A DNA stretch of 32,987 nucleotides from Nemertoderma westbladi (taxonomy: Eukaryota > Animalia > Xenacoelomorpha). The stretch lies in the NCBI GenBank assembly GCA_032718475.1, contig JAUCBJ010006251.1:1-32987 (forward strand). Direction: 5' to 3'. Under the pieces are notes generated by a model. The model made no database searches. It was not told where the DNA came from and saw nothing but the letters and a program-made list of their open reading frames with translations. Positions within the stretch are counted from its first letter, which is position 1, and each line of letters starts with the position of its first letter. Shown here piece by piece: positions 31,968 through 32,987 of this stretch. The position numbers were made by a program, and so were the translations under genes.

Positions 31968-32987
31968 AATGAACTGCTGGAGTAAATGGAGGGGAGCCAA
32001 GAGTGTACTGCTGAGAGTGAGTGGAGGGGAGCCAAGAGTGAACTGCTGAGAGTGAGTGGAGGGGAGCCAAGAGTGAACTGCTGAGAGTGAGTGGAGGGGA
32101 GCCAAGAGTGAACTGCTGAGAGTGAGTGGAGGGGAGCCAAGAGTGAGTGGAGGGGAGCCAAGAGTGAGTGGAGGGGAGCCAAGAGTGAACTGCTGAGAGT
32201 GAGTGGAGGGGAGCCAAGAGTGAACTGCTGAGAGTGAGTGGAGGGGAGCCAAGAGTGAACTGCTGAGAGTGAGTGGAGGGGAGCCAAGAGTGAACTGCTG
32301 AGAGTGAGTGGAGGGGAGCCAAGAGTGAACTGCTGAGAGTGAGTGGAGGGGAGCCAAGAGTGAGTGGAGGGGAGCCAAGAGTGAGTGGAGGGGAGCCAAG
32401 AGTGAACTGCTGAGAGTGAGTGGAGGGGAGCCAAGAGTGAACTGCTGAGAGTGAGTGGAGGGGAGCCAAGAGTGAACTGCTGAGAGTGAGTGGAGGGGAG
32501 CCAAGAGTGAAACTGCTGAGAGTGAGTGGAGGGGAGCCAAGAGTGAATTGTTGAGAGTGAGTGGAGGGGAGCCAAGAGTGAACTGCTGAGAGTGAGTGGA
32601 GGGGAGCCAAGAGTGAGTGGAGGGGGAGCCAAGAGTGAGTGGAGGGGAGCCAAGAGTGAACTGCTGAGAGTGAGTGGAGGGGAGCCAAGAGTGAGTGGAG
32701 GGGAGCCAAGAGTGAGTGGAGGGGAGCCAAGAGTGAACTGCTGAGAGTGAGTGGAGGGAGCCAAGAGTGAACTGCTGAGAGTGAGTGGAGGGGAGCCCAA
32801 GAGTGAACTGCTGAGAGTGAGTGGAGGGGAGCCAAGAGTGAACTGCTGAGAGTGAGTGGAGGGGAGCCAAGAGTGAATTGTTGAGAGTGAGTGGAGGGGA
32901 GCCAAGAGTGAGTGGAGGGGAGCCAAGAGTGAACTGCTGAGAGTGAGTGGAGGGAGCCAAGAGTGAACTGCTGAGAGTGAGTGGAGG
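31968..32987. repeat. Intronic purine-rich minisatellite with interspersed 35-bp and 21-bp units, running off the window end
   Basis: gagtgaactgctgagagtgagtggaggggagccaa (35) and gagtgagtggaggggagccaa (21). Confidence 0.95.

Noticed and set aside
31927-32960. 300-390 aa ORFs in all three minus frames
   Set aside because: Translation of the 35/21-bp minisatellite; only 31943 and below is STX5 exon, behind a clear acceptor.

Overview
AT-rich, repeat-dense eukaryotic (animal-like, probably invertebrate) genomic DNA; no prokaryotic features and no CRISPR. Host genes: three with uninterrupted CDSs (NDUFB3 +, RRP36 -, ISCA2 -), the last coding exon of syntaxin 5 (-), and two unassigned candidate + strand exons. 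The left third is a nested stack of mobile elements. A decayed, internally deleted BEL/Pao LTR retrotransposon (3024-12157, TG...CA ends, TGGCG target duplication) sits inside a small foldback element and itself carries a TA-flanked TIR element that contains a palindromic MITE. The rest is dominated by tandem arrays with 25, 53, 78, 31, 28 and 35/21 bp units. Most notable is the 6.6 kb 78-bp array: each of its ~85 units can fold into a 21-bp, pre-miRNA-sized hairpin, and most common variants keep pairing (G:U) on the + strand. The long minus-strand ORFs over the satellites are judged to be repeat artefacts. All calls were made by eye; no searches or folding programs were run.
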